Assembly (NCBI GenBank): GCA_963734105.1
Contig: CAVTFW010000005.1
Coordinates: forward strand, 149,759 to 213,758
From: Candidatus Acidiferrales bacterium
GTDB lineage: Bacteria; Acidobacteriota; Terriglobia; Acidiferrales; UBA7541
Direction: 5' to 3'
DNA length: 64,000 bases
The stretch's first letter is position 1. Each line of letters starts with the position of its first letter. This document shows positions 41,520 through 53,185 of this stretch, piece by piece. The notes under the pieces were generated by a model. The model had not been told where the DNA came from. It made no database searches and saw only the letters and a list, made by a program, of their open reading frames with translations. A program made the position numbers and the translations under genes.

Positions 41520-41527
41520 GAAAATTA

Positions 41528-41604
41528 TGGCGCGCCCGGGGAGATTCGAACTCCCGACCCTCTGCTTAGAAGGCAGACGCTCTATCCAACTGAGCTACGG
41601 GCGC
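41528..41604 (-). tRNA. tRNA-Arg (anticodon TCT)
   Basis: Reverse complement GCGCCCGTAGCTCAGTTGGATAGAGCGTCTGCCTTCTAAGCAGAGGGTCGGGAGTTCGAATCTCCCCGGGCGCGCCA, 77 nt, CCA encoded. Confidence 0.97.
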
Positions 41605-42103
41605 ACGCCTTGCAACCTACTCAATGTACTGCGGCTATTCCATGTTTCGCAACTGGCAAGTCGGAGTTCACTTCCGTTGTGCGCAAAATTGCGGCTCCCC
41701 AGGCTGGCTGCTGAATGCAGAGCTAGGCAGTGGGGAGAAGGAATGCGGGGAAATCGAGAAGGGGTATTTGTTAAGGGACCTCTCAGACCGTTTGGGAGGC
41801 TGCCTGGTTCGTAGATTCCCCATGCGCAAAAGGGGTAGGCTGGTGTCACGCGGGGACAAGCAGGCTTGGCCAGATGTCTAGAGCCTTTTGCCGAAGCCTT
41901 TCGACTGGAATGGCTTGAAACTCACCGCCTCTCCCACACGTCAAAAGGCTAGTGTAAAGATGGCCGCAATTATGGGCAGGTCCAGGAGAGAACTGTAGCT
42001 GTGGCTGCATCTTAGTCCGAAATATGCGAACATCCACGTTAGACAAGGTACGCAGCTTCTACGCCCTTGAGAAGACTGTCCCTGGCCGATTTGAGGAGCA
42101 CAA

Positions 42104-43417
42104 GTGACGGAACAACGACCAGACTCGAGTGAATCCAGCAAGCCCCAGTCCTACACAACCGACGATTCAACTGCTCCTAAGAGGCGGTGGTGGATCTGGG
42201 TGATTGTCGTGGCAGTGATTGTTGTCGGCGTGGCACTGTGGCAACGCCGCGGGGCCACTCCGCAAGCAAACAGCGGCGCCGCGGCCGCCCGGCCGGTGGT
42301 GGTATCAACGGCGGTAGCGCACCAAGGGGACATCGGAGTTTACTTAAATGCATTGGGTACAGTGACGCCGGTGTACACGGTGTCCGTGACCAGCCGCGTG
42401 CAGGGAGAAATCACGCAGGTCTATTATCGCGAAGGCCAGATGGTTCAGAAGGGCGACCCGCTTGTGGAAATCGACCCGCGGCCTTATCAAGCGGCCTTGA
42501 CCCAAGTCGAGGGACAACTGGCACACGATCAAGCCGTTTTGAACGAGGCCAAGATCGATCTGGAGCGCTATCAGCAAGCATTCAATCGAAACGCCATCGC
42601 CAAGCAGCAATTGGATGATCAAGAGCAGGTGGTGCTGCAAGACGAAGGCACGGTGAAAAACGACGAGGGCCAGCTTGCCAATGCCAAGGTCAACCTGATT
42701 TACACGCACATCACCGCACCGATTGCGGGGCGCGTTGGACTACGGCTGGTTGACCCCGGAAACATCATTCAGGCGAATAGCACCACGGTTCTGGTGGTGA
42801 TCACGCAGCTTCAGCCCATCACCGTGATCTTCAGCGTTGCCGAGGATGCACTCGGCCCGGTTCAGCAGCAATTGCGAAAGGGAAAGAAACTGTCTGCCGA
42901 CGCGTTTGACCGTGAAGAGAGCACGAAGCTCGCGTCTGGCTCGTTGCTGACGCTCGATAACGTCATTGACACAACCACAGGAACGCTGAAACTGAAAGCT
43001 GTCTTTGATAACAAGGACAACGCGCTTTTCCCAAGCCAGTTCGTCAACGTCAGACTGCTGGTCGACACGCTGCACAATGAAACCTTAATTCCGAATCCAG
43101 CGATTCAGCGCAACGCCCAAGGGGCATATGTGTACGTGATAAAGAGCGACCAGACAGCGTCCATGCAAACGATTACACCCGGCACCACGGATGGAATCGT
43201 GACCGCCGTCCAGGGCGTTCAGCCGCAGGAAGTGGTTGCCGTCAATGGATTCGACAAACTCTTGGACGGCGCGAAAGTTACGATTCGCGCGCCTTCGAAA
43301 AACGGTGGCGGAGCTTCCGGCCAGCAGGGTCAAACGGGCCAGACGAACGAAGCCGCACCGCAGGGAACCGCCAAGGGAGGCGCGGCCGGAAGCAAGAACG
43401 GAGCTTCGCCGCAGTGA
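42104..43417 (+). CDS. mdtA: RND efflux membrane fusion protein, MdtA/MuxA type
   Basis: [56 protein letters not shown]. Confidence 0.88.
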   Translation: MTEQRPDSSESSKPQSYTTDDSTAPKRRWWIWVIVVAVIVVGVALWQRRGATPQANSGAAAARPVVVSTAVAHQGDIGVYLNALGTVTPVYTVSVTSRVQGEITQVYYREGQMVQKGDPLVEIDPRPYQAALTQVEGQLAHDQAVLNEAKIDLERYQQAFNRNAIAKQQLDDQEQVVLQDEGTVKNDEGQLANAKVNLIYTHITAPIAGRVGLRLVDPGNIIQANSTTVLVVITQLQPITVIFSVAEDALGPVQQQLRKGKKLSADAFDREESTKLASGSLLTLDNVIDTTTGTLKLKAVFDNKDNALFPSQFVNVRLLVDTLHNETLIPNPAIQRNAQGAYVYVIKSDQTASMQTITPGTTDGIVTAVQGVQPQEVVAVNGFDKLLDGAKVTIRAPSKNGGGASGQQGQTGQTNEAAPQGTAKGGAAGSKNGASPQ

Positions 43418-46400
43418 GCCCATCACGACCATTTATTTTGCGACCGGTCGCGACGTCGCTGCTGATGGCGGCCATATTGCTGGCCGGGGGCGTCGCGTAT
43501 CTGCAACTGCCGGTATCGGCGCTGCCGGAGGTGGACTACCCAACGATTCAGGTGGTTACGTTTTATCCCGGCGCCAGCCCTGACGTGATGGCGTCGGCGG
43601 TGACTGCCCCGTTGGAGCGGCAGTTCGGTCAGGTTCCCGGGCTAAATCAGATGACTTCGACGAGTTCCGACGGGAGCTCGATCATTGTTCTGCAGTTTTC
43701 GCTGGAATTGAACATCGACGTCGCCGAACAGGAAGTACAAGCATCCATCAATGCGGCGCAAAGCTATCTGCCTTCCGACCTGCCGGTCCCGCCGATCTAC
43801 AGCAAAACGAATCCGGCGGACACGCCAATCCTGACGCTGGCGCTCAGTTCCAAAACAATACCGCTGTCGCAGGTGGAGGATCTGGCGGACACGCGATTTG
43901 CGCAAAAAATCTCGCAGCTTCCGGGAGTTGGGCTGGTGAGCATTAGCGGCGGCCAAAAGCCGGCTGTGCGGGTAAAGGTAAATCCCACAGCGCTCTCCGC
44001 GTACGGCATCAATCTTGAGGATGTGCGCACGGCGCTGCAGCAAACCAGCCTGGACCAGGCCAAGGGCAACTTCGACGGACCGCAACAGGACTATCAGATT
44101 CAATCGAACGACCAGCTCCTAGTCGCATCCGATTTCGCGAAAGTGATCATTGCCTACCACAACGGGTCGCCCGTGGTGCTTTCCGATGTGGCAACGGTTG
44201 AAAATGGCGTGGAAAACAACCGCCAGGCTGCCTGGATGAACGAGACGCCCGCGGTGATCGTCAACATTCAACGCCAGCCCGGTGCGAACATCATTCAAGT
44301 GGTGGATCGCATTGTGAAATTGTTGCCGCTGCTGAAGAGCAATCTTCCGGCCGCGGTCCAGATCGATGTTTTAACGGACCGAACCACGACGATCCGGGCT
44401 TCCGTGAGAGACGTTGAGTTCGAACTCATGCTCACCGTGGCGCTGGTGGTCATGGTCATCTTCCTGTTCCTGCGCAATCTCTCCGCTACCATCATTCCCA
44501 GCGTTGCCGTTCCGCTGTCCATCGTGGGCACGTTTGGGGTGATGTATCTGGCGGGGTTCAGCTTGAACAACCTGACGCTGATGGCGCTGACGATTTCTAC
44601 CGGATTCGTCGTGGATGACGCCATCGTGATGATTGAGAACATCATTCGATACATTGAAGAAGGCGACCCACCGCTGCAAGCCGCGCTGAAGGGCTCCGAG
44701 CAGATCGGTTTCACGATCGTGTCGCTGACAGTTTCCCTGATTGCGGTATTGATTCCTCTGCTGTTCATGGGAGACATCGTGGGCCGGCTTTTCCGCGAGT
44801 TTGCCATCACGTTGAGCGTGACGATTCTGGTGTCCGCGGTGGTATCGCTGACACTTACGCCGATGATGTGTTCGCGGCTATTGAAAAGCACGCACGGGAA
44901 AAAACAGAGCCGTTTCTATGTGGCTTCGGAGAACGCTTTCGAAAGCATCATTGCGTTTTATGGAAAAACGCTAAAGTGGGTGCTGAAGCGTCAGACTGCC
45001 ACGCTAATTGTGGCGGCTGGGACGCTGGTGCTCACCATTGTTCTCTACATTATCGTTCCGAAGGGCTTCTTCCCGGTGCAAGACACGGGCATCATTCAGG
45101 GCATTTCGGAAGCCGCGGAATCCATATCCTTCTCCGCCATGGCGGAAAAGCAGCAGCAACTTGCCCACTTGATATTGCAGGATCCCGCCGTGGAGAGCAT
45201 CTCTTCCTTTATCGGGATCGACGGTACGAACACGACGTTGAACAGCGGGCGCATCCAAATTAATTTGAAGCCGCTCGAGGACCGCAAAATCAACGCCGCG
45301 GATGTCATCCGGCGGATACAGCCAAATCTGGAGAAAATTGACGGGATTACCCTGTATATGCAGCCGGTACAGGACCTAACCGTAGAAGATCGCGTGAGCC
45401 GCACGCAATATCAGTACACCCTCGAGGATCCCGATCAGCACGAACTGAATCTCTGGACGGCTAGGCTGATGGCGAAACTTCAGGCGATTCCGGAGTTGCG
45501 GGACCTGGCGACCGACCAGCAGACTTCCGGTCTCGCCGCGTTCCTGACGGTTGACCGCGTCACCGCATCCCGGATGGGCATTACGCCGCAAGCGGTTGAC
45601 CAGATGCTTTACGACGCGTATGGGCAACGGCAGGTATCGACGCTGTATACGCAATTAAATCAGTACCATATCGTCCTTGAAACGGAGCCAGAATTTCAGA
45701 AGAACCCTTCGAAATTACAGGACATTTACGTTCGATCTGCTTTGGCGCCAACGGCGCTCACGAGCAACTCTTCCACGGGCCAGACGATAACGTCCACGAC
45801 TGCCACGGGCAACTCCGCATCCTCCGCAGCGCCGAGTCCCTCGGCGTCCCCGAACACTGCTGCCAGCTCGGGCTCGGCCAATCCCAGCCCCGTGAGTTCG
45901 CTGAACGGTTCCGCAATTCCCCTGAGCGCCATCACGCGGTTCGAAATGAAGAGCAGCCCGCTCTCCGTGAATCATCAAGGGCAATTTCCGGTGGTAACCA
46001 TTTCATTCAACCTGGCACCCGGAGCTTCGCTTGGCGAGGCCACCGAGGCTTTCGAGAAGGCGCAACAGCAAATCGGTATGCCGCTAAGCGTACAGGGCGC
46101 GTTTCAGGGGACGGCCGCGTCGTTTCAAGCCTCGTTGGCGGGCGAACCGATATTGATTCTCGCAGCGCTGGTCACCGTGTATATCGTCCTCGGAGTTTTG
46201 TACGAGAGCTATATTCACCCGATTACGATTCTGTCGACGCTGCCGTCCGCCGGTGTGGGAGCGATCTTGGCGTTGTTGATCTGCGGATCGGAATTAAGCG
46301 TGGTCGCGCTGATCGGAATTATTCTTCTGATCGGAATCGTGAAGAAGAACGGAATTATGATGATCGACTTCGCCCTGGAAGCGGAGCGCAATCACGGGAA

Positions 46401-46692
46401 AAAGGCCGAGGATGCAATTTATGAGGCCTGCCTGCTCCGTTTTCGGCCGATCATGATGACCACGATGGCGGCGCTGCTGGGCGGGCTTCCGCTGGCTCTG
46501 GGCACCGGAATTGGCTCCGAGTTACGCCGTCCCCTGGGTATATCCATGGTGGGGGGATTGCTGTTGAGCCAGGTTTTGACGCTGTACACAACGCCGGTGA
46601 TCTACATTTTCTTTGACCGGCTCGCGCAGCGCTTCTCCTCGCGGCACGCTTCGGAAGCCGGGGCCGGACCCGAGGTTGTCCCAGCGGATTAA
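43414..46692 (+). CDS. mdtB: RND efflux permease, MdtB/MuxB type
   Basis: [56 protein letters not shown]. Confidence 0.92.
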   Translation: MSPSRPFILRPVATSLLMAAILLAGGVAYLQLPVSALPEVDYPTIQVVTFYPGASPDVMASAVTAPLERQFGQVPGLNQMTSTSSDGSSIIVLQFSLELNIDVAEQEVQASINAAQSYLPSDLPVPPIYSKTNPADTPILTLALSSKTIPLSQVEDLADTRFAQKISQLPGVGLVSISGGQKPAVRVKVNPTALSAYGINLEDVRTALQQTSLDQAKGNFDGPQQDYQIQSNDQLLVASDFAKVIIAYHNGSPVVLSDVATVENGVENNRQAAWMNETPAVIVNIQRQPGANIIQVVDRIVKLLPLLKSNLPAAVQIDVLTDRTTTIRASVRDVEFELMLTVALVVMVIFLFLRNLSATIIPSVAVPLSIVGTFGVMYLAGFSLNNLTLMALTISTGFVVDDAIVMIENIIRYIEEGDPPLQAALKGSEQIGFTIVSLTVSLIAVLIPLLFMGDIVGRLFREFAITLSVTILVSAVVSLTLTPMMCSRLLKSTHGKKQSRFYVASENAFESIIAFYGKTLKWVLKRQTATLIVAAGTLVLTIVLYIIVPKGFFPVQDTGIIQGISEAAESISFSAMAEKQQQLAHLILQDPAVESISSFIGIDGTNTTLNSGRIQINLKPLEDRKINAADVIRRIQPNLEKIDGITLYMQPVQDLTVEDRVSRTQYQYTLEDPDQHELNLWTARLMAKLQAIPELRDLATDQQTSGLAAFLTVDRVTASRMGITPQAVDQMLYDAYGQRQVSTLYTQLNQYHIVLETEPEFQKNPSKLQDIYVRSALAPTALTSNSSTGQTITSTTATGNSASSAAPSPSASPNTAASSGSANPSPVSSLNGSAIPLSAITRFEMKSSPLSVNHQGQFPVVTISFNLAPGASLGEATEAFEKAQQQIGMPLSVQGAFQGTAASFQASLAGEPILILAALVTVYIVLGVLYESYIHPITILSTLPSAGVGAILALLICGSELSVVALIGIILLIGIVKKNGIMMIDFALEAERNHGKKAEDAIYEACLLRFRPIMMTTMAALLGGLPLALGTGIGSELRRPLGISMVGGLLLSQVLTLYTTPVIYIFFDRLAQRFSSRHASEAGAGPEVVPAD

Positions 46693-46696
46693 TGCG

Positions 46697-49600
46697 ATGA
46701 GCCTCTCCTCCCCATTTATTCATCGTCCCGTGGCCACCACGCTCCTGACAGCCGCGATAGCGCTGGCGGGCGCGGTGGCGTTTCGAGAGTTGCCCGTTTC
46801 GGCGCTTCCGCAGATCGATTTCCCCACAATTTCAGTGGGCGCGAGTTTGCCGGGAGCCAGTCCGGAGATCATGGCCTCCTCCGTTGCTACACCGCTGGAA
46901 CGTCAGTTCGGGAGGATCGCCGGGATCACGGAGATGACATCGTCTAGTTTCCTCGGAACCACCGGTATCACCCTTCAGTTTGATTTGAACCGCAACATTG
47001 ATGGCGCTGCTCGCGATGTGCAAGCGGCCATCAATGCCGCGCGAAGTTACTTGCCCTCGAATCTTCCCAGCAATCCGACGTATCGCAAGGTCAACCCGGC
47101 GGATGCTCCGATCATGATCCTGGCGCTGACGTCGGATGTGTACGACCGCGGCAAGTTGTATGACGCTGCCTCGACCGTCATGCAGCAGCGGCTTTCGCAA
47201 GTTCAGGGAGTCGGACAGGTAACGGTGGGCGGCAGTTCGCTGCCGGGCGTGCGGGTAGACGTGAATCCGACGCAACTCAACAGCTATGGCCTCGGCTTGC
47301 CGGACGTTGCTTCGATGCTGAGCCGGCAGAATGCCAACAGTCCCAAAGGCCAGCTCACCGATGGCACGACGACGGCGGACCTGGCAACCAACGATCAGCT
47401 ATTAAAGGCGATTGACTACATGCCGCTTGTGGTCGGCTACCACAACGGCGCGGCGGTCAAATTGTCCGATGTCGCGAATGTGACGGACTCGACGGAAAAT
47501 CTACGGGCGGCCGGGTTCGTCAACGGCAAGCCCTCCGTCCTCATCATCATATTCCGCCAGCCGGGCGCGAACATCATCGATACAGTGGATCGCATTCGTG
47601 AGGCGATTCCGTCGCTAAAGGCCTCGATCCCTTCCGCGATTGACACGGAAATCGTGTTGGACCGCACGCTGACCATTCGGGCATCCGTCCGGGATGTCGA
47701 GCGCACCCTGATCATCTCAATTGGCCTGGTAATTCTGGTGGTGTTCCTTTTCCTGCGAAACTTTCGCGCGACCTTGATTCCCAGCGTGGCCGTGCCGGTG
47801 TCGCTAATCGGCACGTTTGGCGTGATGTATTTGTGTCATTACAGCATCGACAACCTCTCGCTCATGGCGCTGACGATATCGACAGGCTTTGTGGTGGACG
47901 ATGCGATTGTAGTGATCGAAAACATCACGCGCTATCTGGAGCAGGGCATGTCGCCGATGCAGGCGGCGCTGAAGGGCGCGAGCGAAATCGGTTTTACGGT
48001 GCTGTCCATCAGCATCTCGCTGATTGCGGTTTTCATTCCCATTTTGATGATGGGTGGGATCGTCGGGCGGCTGTTCCGTGAATTCGCGGTGACTCTGTCG
48101 GCCGCCATCATGGTTTCCCTAGCCATTTCGCTGACGACGACGCCGATGATGTGCTCGCGCCTGCTCAAGCACGTCCGGGATGAGCAGCATGGCAAAGCAT
48201 TCCGGGCCAGCGAGAAGGCATTCAATGCGCTGTTGCAGACCTACGAGCGCAGCCTCGGCTGGGTTTTGGAACACTCCGTTCTGACGCTGATGGTTTTGGG
48301 TATCACCATCGCATTCAACATCTACCTTTTTATTATCGTCCCCAAGGGGTTTTTCCCGCAGCAGGATAACGGCACCGTCTTTGGCGGATTGCAGGGTTCC
48401 CAGGACATCTCCTTCCAGGCCATGCAAGCCTCTACGGAGCGAATAGTCAAGGTGGTCAAAGCGGATCCTGCCGTGGCAAACGCGATGGCATTCACCGGCG
48501 GTAACGGCGCCACCAACAGCGGCTTCATCTATCTGGGTCTGAAACCTCTCGACCAGCGCAACGTGACCGCCAACCAGATCATAGACCGGCTACGTCCGAA
48601 ATTGCTTGCCATCGCGAATGCGAACACCTTCATGCAAGCCGGACAGGATCTGCGCATCGGCGGGCGCATGAGCAGCGCGCAATATCAGTACACAATTCAG
48701 AGCGACACTTTGCAGGATCTCGTTGACTGGGGCCCTGTTCTGCTCCAGCAGATGCGGAAACTGCCGATCCTCACCGATGTCAATACCGACCAGCAGAACA
48801 GCGGTCTTCAAGTGATGCTCACGTACGACCGGGCGACGGCATCGCGCCTCGGACTGACACCGCAGCTGATCGACAATTCGCTTTACGAAGCGTTTGGGCA
48901 GGCCCAGGTTTCGACGATGTATACGGCGTTCAACCAGTACCACGTGGTGCTTGAAGTAGCGCCGAAGTTCTGGCAATCACCCGTAAGCTTGAACGACGTG
49001 TACATCCGGCCTTCGCAAGGGAAAGTCGTGCCCCTCAGCGCCATCGCGCATTACGAATCAAACACGGCGCCGCTGGCCGTGAATCACCAGGGGCAGTATC
49101 CATCCGTGACTATATCGTTCAATCTTGCGCCTGGTGTTGCCCTCAGCCAGGCTTCCGCGGCGGTTCTCGGCATGGAACAGAGAATCGGCATGCCCAACAC
49201 CATTACCGGCATGTTCTCCGGCACGCTCCAGGCCTTTCAGTCTTCCCTGGCGACGGAACCTTTCCTGATTATCACCGCGCTCATGGCCGTGTACATCGTG
49301 CTGGGGATACTCTACGAAAGCTACATCCACCCCATCACGATTATTTCCACGCTTCCGTCCGCGGGAGTCGGCGCCGTACTCGCCCTCATGCTCACGCATA
49401 CGGATCTGAGCGTGATCGCGTTGATCGGGGTAATCCTGCTAATTGGGATCGTGAAAAAGAACGCCATCCTGATGATCGACTTTGCGCTGGTTGCCGAACG
49501 AGTCGATCGCAAGAGTCCAAGGGATGCCATCTTTCAGGCTTGCATCCTGCGATTTAGGCCCATCCTGATGACCACCATGGCGGCCATTTGCGGCGCAGTG

Positions 49601-49801
49601 CCGCTGGCCTTCGGCACGGGGACAGGTTCGGAACTACGCAAGCCCCTCGGTATCGCCATTATCGGCGGGCTGGTTTTGAGCCAGATCCTCACGCTGTACA
49701 CCACGCCCGTCGTTTATCTCTCGCTGGACCGCTTGAGGGTGAAGTGGCTTCGCGCTCACGGAAGGCTGGAGGCGCAAAGCGAACTCGAGTCCTTCGGGTG
49801 A
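46697..49801 (+). CDS. mdtC: RND efflux permease, MdtC/MuxC type
   Basis: FIHRPVATTLL, LPQIDFPTISV, YRKVNPADAPI, GIVKKNAILMIDF. Confidence 0.92.
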   Translation: MSLSSPFIHRPVATTLLTAAIALAGAVAFRELPVSALPQIDFPTISVGASLPGASPEIMASSVATPLERQFGRIAGITEMTSSSFLGTTGITLQFDLNRNIDGAARDVQAAINAARSYLPSNLPSNPTYRKVNPADAPIMILALTSDVYDRGKLYDAASTVMQQRLSQVQGVGQVTVGGSSLPGVRVDVNPTQLNSYGLGLPDVASMLSRQNANSPKGQLTDGTTTADLATNDQLLKAIDYMPLVVGYHNGAAVKLSDVANVTDSTENLRAAGFVNGKPSVLIIIFRQPGANIIDTVDRIREAIPSLKASIPSAIDTEIVLDRTLTIRASVRDVERTLIISIGLVILVVFLFLRNFRATLIPSVAVPVSLIGTFGVMYLCHYSIDNLSLMALTISTGFVVDDAIVVIENITRYLEQGMSPMQAALKGASEIGFTVLSISISLIAVFIPILMMGGIVGRLFREFAVTLSAAIMVSLAISLTTTPMMCSRLLKHVRDEQHGKAFRASEKAFNALLQTYERSLGWVLEHSVLTLMVLGITIAFNIYLFIIVPKGFFPQQDNGTVFGGLQGSQDISFQAMQASTERIVKVVKADPAVANAMAFTGGNGATNSGFIYLGLKPLDQRNVTANQIIDRLRPKLLAIANANTFMQAGQDLRIGGRMSSAQYQYTIQSDTLQDLVDWGPVLLQQMRKLPILTDVNTDQQNSGLQVMLTYDRATASRLGLTPQLIDNSLYEAFGQAQVSTMYTAFNQYHVVLEVAPKFWQSPVSLNDVYIRPSQGKVVPLSAIAHYESNTAPLAVNHQGQYPSVTISFNLAPGVALSQASAAVLGMEQRIGMPNTITGMFSGTLQAFQSSLATEPFLIITALMAVYIVLGILYESYIHPITIISTLPSAGVGAVLALMLTHTDLSVIALIGVILLIGIVKKNAILMIDFALVAERVDRKSPRDAIFQACILRFRPILMTTMAAICGAVPLAFGTGTGSELRKPLGIAIIGGLVLSQILTLYTTPVVYLSLDRLRVKWLRAHGRLEAQSELESFG

Positions 49802-49871
49802 TGACAATTTCTGATGGGCTACACGAGCCAACCATCAGTAGGCCAAACTTCGCAAGGAGCCTGAGACACCG

Positions 49872-51425
49872 ATGAAGGCAATGAACAAGATACGGGCTGC
49901 GGCCGCACTTCTCTCGAGCGCGCTGCTTTTCCAGGGCTGCGACGTCGGGCCGAAGTACAATCGCCCCTCGGCGCCAGTCCCGGCAACATTCAAAGAGGTC
50001 ACCCCCGCGGATCTCCAAAAAATGGACGGCTGGAAAGTCGCACAACCGAAGGACAGCGCTCTTCACGGCAACTGGTGGGAGATCTTTGGCGATCCTCAAC
50101 TGAAGACGCTCGAAGAACAGGTCAATATCTCCAACCAGAACGTCGCGGCGGCATTTGCTAACTTCATGGCGGCGCGCGCACTGGTGCGAGAGGCTCGCGC
50201 GCAGTATTTCCCGACCGCTACTGTCGGCTCGAGTGTCACGAAGGAACACCAACCCGGTACCTCGAGCACGGTGACTGCCGCGGCATCCGGACGCACATTC
50301 ACCGATTACTCTCTGCCGTTCGACGCTTCCTGGACGCCGGACTTGTGGGGCCGGGTGCGCAACACCGTTCGCGCAAACGTCGCAAACGCACAGGCAAGCG
50401 AGGCTGACCTCGAGAACACCCGCCTGACCGCTCAGGCGGAACTCGCAGTGGATTACTTCCAACTGCGCGGGCAAGACGCATTAAAACAACTGCTGGATTC
50501 GACGGTGGTGGCGTATGAGGAGTCGCTGGAACTCACCAAAGCGCTCTATGAAACTGGAATCGACTCCGACGAAAGCGTCGCGCAAGCCGAAACCCAACTG
50601 GACGCCACCCGCGCGTTGGACACGAATCTTGGCATCCTTCGGGCGCAATACGAACATGCTATCGCCCTTTTGGTTGGCCAGCCCGCTTCTTCCTTCTCGA
50701 TTGCCGTCGAGCCCTTGAAAACTCCCCCGCCGGCCATTCCGTTTGGCCTTCCATCGGATCTTCTGGAGCGCCGGCCGGACATCGCGGCGGCTGAACGCCT
50801 GATGGCCCAGGCCAATGCGCAAATTGGCGTCGCAAGAGCCGCGTATTTTCCAACGCTGACACTTAGCGCTTCGGCGGGATTTGAAAGCTCGCAGGCAGGA
50901 AATTGGTTTACATGGCCAAGCCGCTTCTGGTCCGTTGGCCCCGCCCTTTCAGAGACCATTTACGACGGAGGTCTGCGCCGTGCGACCATGGAGCAGTTTC
51001 GCGCACAATATGATGAAACGGTTGCCAACTATCGCAATTCGGTGCTGACCGCGTTTCAACAGGTCGAGGACAATCTGGCGACGCTACGCATTCTTTCCCA
51101 GGAGATTCAGGAACAAGACACCGCGATTGTAGCCGCGCAGAGAAGCCTTACGCTGGCAACGGACCGCTATCGCCTCGGCATTGACCCCTACCTGAACGTG
51201 ATTACGGCTCAGACTACGCTCTTCAGCAACCAGCAGACAGCCGTGACCCTGCGCATTCAGCAAATCGTTGCCAGCGTGCAATTGATTGAGGCGGCCGGCG
51301 GGGGATGGGATTCCTCGACGCTACCCACTTCACACCAGATTATTTCGCGAGACGCGCAGTTGGTCACAACACCTACGCCCGCACAACCTTCGAAGAGCCC
51401 GCCGCCGGCTTCGTCCGTTCCCTAG
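49872..51425 (+). CDS. Outer membrane efflux lipoprotein (NodT/OprM family)
   Basis: Lipobox FQGC; WWEIFGDPQL, DLWGRVR, LLERRPDIAAAE, TAFQQVEDNL, GGGW. Confidence 0.92.
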   Translation: MKAMNKIRAAAALLSSALLFQGCDVGPKYNRPSAPVPATFKEVTPADLQKMDGWKVAQPKDSALHGNWWEIFGDPQLKTLEEQVNISNQNVAAAFANFMAARALVREARAQYFPTATVGSSVTKEHQPGTSSTVTAAASGRTFTDYSLPFDASWTPDLWGRVRNTVRANVANAQASEADLENTRLTAQAELAVDYFQLRGQDALKQLLDSTVVAYEESLELTKALYETGIDSDESVAQAETQLDATRALDTNLGILRAQYEHAIALLVGQPASSFSIAVEPLKTPPPAIPFGLPSDLLERRPDIAAAERLMAQANAQIGVARAAYFPTLTLSASAGFESSQAGNWFTWPSRFWSVGPALSETIYDGGLRRATMEQFRAQYDETVANYRNSVLTAFQQVEDNLATLRILSQEIQEQDTAIVAAQRSLTLATDRYRLGIDPYLNVITAQTTLFSNQQTAVTLRIQQIVASVQLIEAAGGGWDSSTLPTSHQIISRDAQLVTTPTPAQPSKSPPPASSVP

Positions 51426-51470
51426 TTTGAAACGGAAACAGGAACCCAAGAGCACAGCCTGAAGGCTATG

Positions 51471-52448
51471 CTACCTTTGGGGCGGTTCAGCTTTTTCGTG
51501 CGCGGCGATGCGCTCTTTCACTTGTTTGGAGAGGGCCTGAATCTGTTCGTTGGTGATTTGCAGCTCTCCGTCCAGGGTTACCTCCAGGCGGCCCGAACCT
51601 GCATCTTTGAATTGCGCGTTCTGAATCTTGGCGGAGCCCTGGACTGAGGGAGGGAGCGTTGCGCCCAAGTCCGTGCCTTTTTGCAGTGCGTCCAGGATTT
51701 TCCTTCGGATTTTTTCGCGCAGCATATCGCCGAGGGATCCCGAACGGAGGAGTTCACCGAGAGAACCGTCGGCTTCGATGGTTCCGACTTCCGGTACAAG
51801 CCGCAGTTCGGTGTTGTCGTCTCCGACAGCCGGGGTGAGCTTCATCTGCATGACGGCGTTTCCGCCGACCAGCTTTTTGGACTGTTGTTTGCCGAAGACC
51901 TTGGCGCATCCCCAGCGCTCATAGTGGAGATGAACCACCACGAGACTGGCCGGATCGAGAGGGGTGAGCGTGGCTTGCTGGATGGCAATGCGATCGCCGC
52001 ACTGGTCGTCTTTGTCGAGTTCGGAGCTCAAAAGGCCGGTCATGTTTTGTTGCAGATCCGAGAGGTCGGCGGTCAATTCCAGGTTCAGGAGGTTCATGCC
52101 ATGCTCCTTCGCATGCATGGTGATGAGCGCAGAGGCCGCAATCGTGATGTGCTGATCCTTGATGTTCAAAGGGATCTTGACCGGGGGGATCTTGAAGGTC
52201 AGGTTTTGGTCGCTTGCGCGAATTGGCGATGCGCCTGCAATCAGGAGCAAGGCCAGGACGGCAAAAGCGGGCCTCAAGAGATAGGGTTTGGTGGGGAACG
52301 ACGGGCGGCTTACGATTCTGAATTTGTGTGCGATTGCAGAAATTAAGGGATACCGTTGCAGAATGTTTTTGGGCACTGGTCGATAAACTCCCGAAGGTCT
52401 TCGCGGCACTCTTTGCGGTCCCTTGAATGGATGAGTAGGCAGACACAT
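51471..52448 (-). CDS. Hypothetical exported protein (start uncertain)
   Basis: Long ORF with signal-like AFAVLALLLIAGA segment and plausible codon usage. Confidence 0.6.
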   Translation of the reverse strand: MCLPTHPFKGPQRVPRRPSGVYRPVPKNILQRYPLISAIAHKFRIVSRPSFPTKPYLLRPAFAVLALLLIAGASPIRASDQNLTFKIPPVKIPLNIKDQHITIAASALITMHAKEHGMNLLNLELTADLSDLQQNMTGLLSSELDKDDQCGDRIAIQQATLTPLDPASLVVVHLHYERWGCAKVFGKQQSKKLVGGNAVMQMKLTPAVGDDNTELRLVPEVGTIEADGSLGELLRSGSLGDMLREKIRRKILDALQKGTDLGATLPPSVQGSAKIQNAQFKDAGSGRLEVTLDGELQITNEQIQALSKQVKERIAAHEKAEPPQR

Positions 52449-52588
52449 CGGTTGCCCAAAATTGGAAAAACGAGCCGAATCCCTCGAACAGCGGAGATAC
52501 TGCCGTCCGGCTCTGCTCATTCCCCCGCCCATCCGTGATACCTTGAATCACAGCTGCGGAAGTCACGTCGTTGCTGGTGTATGGGGTC

Positions 52589-53175
52589 ATGAGTCCGATC
52601 GAAACGCTCAGTCTTGTGCTTGGGACCGGATTTTCGTCCGGACTGAATCTCTACGCGACCGTTGCCACCCTGGGACTCCTGGAACGATTCGGCGTGATTC
52701 ATCTTCCGGAGAAATTGCAGGTTCTTTCTCATCCGGTTGTGTTGGGGGTGGCCATCGGGCTCTACGTCGTGGAATTTCTGGCGGACAAGGTTCCGTACAT
52801 CGATTCGATCTGGCAAGCGGTGCACACGATTTATTCGCCCACCTGCGGCGGCGGTGCTGGCGTTCAGCGTGACCGCGTCCGCTCGCGGAGCCCTGGCGCT
52901 GGGCGGCTGCGTTGCTGGCCGGGAGCATTGCGTTGACATCTCACGGCACGAAAGCGAGCGCGCGTGCGGCCGTGAATATGTCACCGGAACCGCTCAGCAA
53001 TTGGACGCTGAGTTTTGGCGAGGACTTGTTGGCGGTGTGGCTGACGTGGTTCGCCAGCGCGCATCCGACGGCGGCGGTGATGGTGGTCGGTGTGCTGCTG
53101 ATTGTTTCGCTATTCCTGCTGTACCACTTGTTCCGTTTTCTGCGGCGCACGTTCCGGAAGCTAGCGGAAATTTGA
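52589..53175 (+). CDS. DUF4126-type membrane protein (frameshifted)
   Basis: SGLNLYATV, EFLADKVPYIDSIW..VHT, HGTKA..R...N.SPEP.SNW..SFGED. Confidence 0.8.
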
Positions 53176-53185
53176 TTGACGCAAA

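Noticed and set aside
41527-41814. ORF MARPGRFELPTLCLEGRRSIQLSYGR
   Set aside because: Translation of the antisense strand of tRNA-Arg
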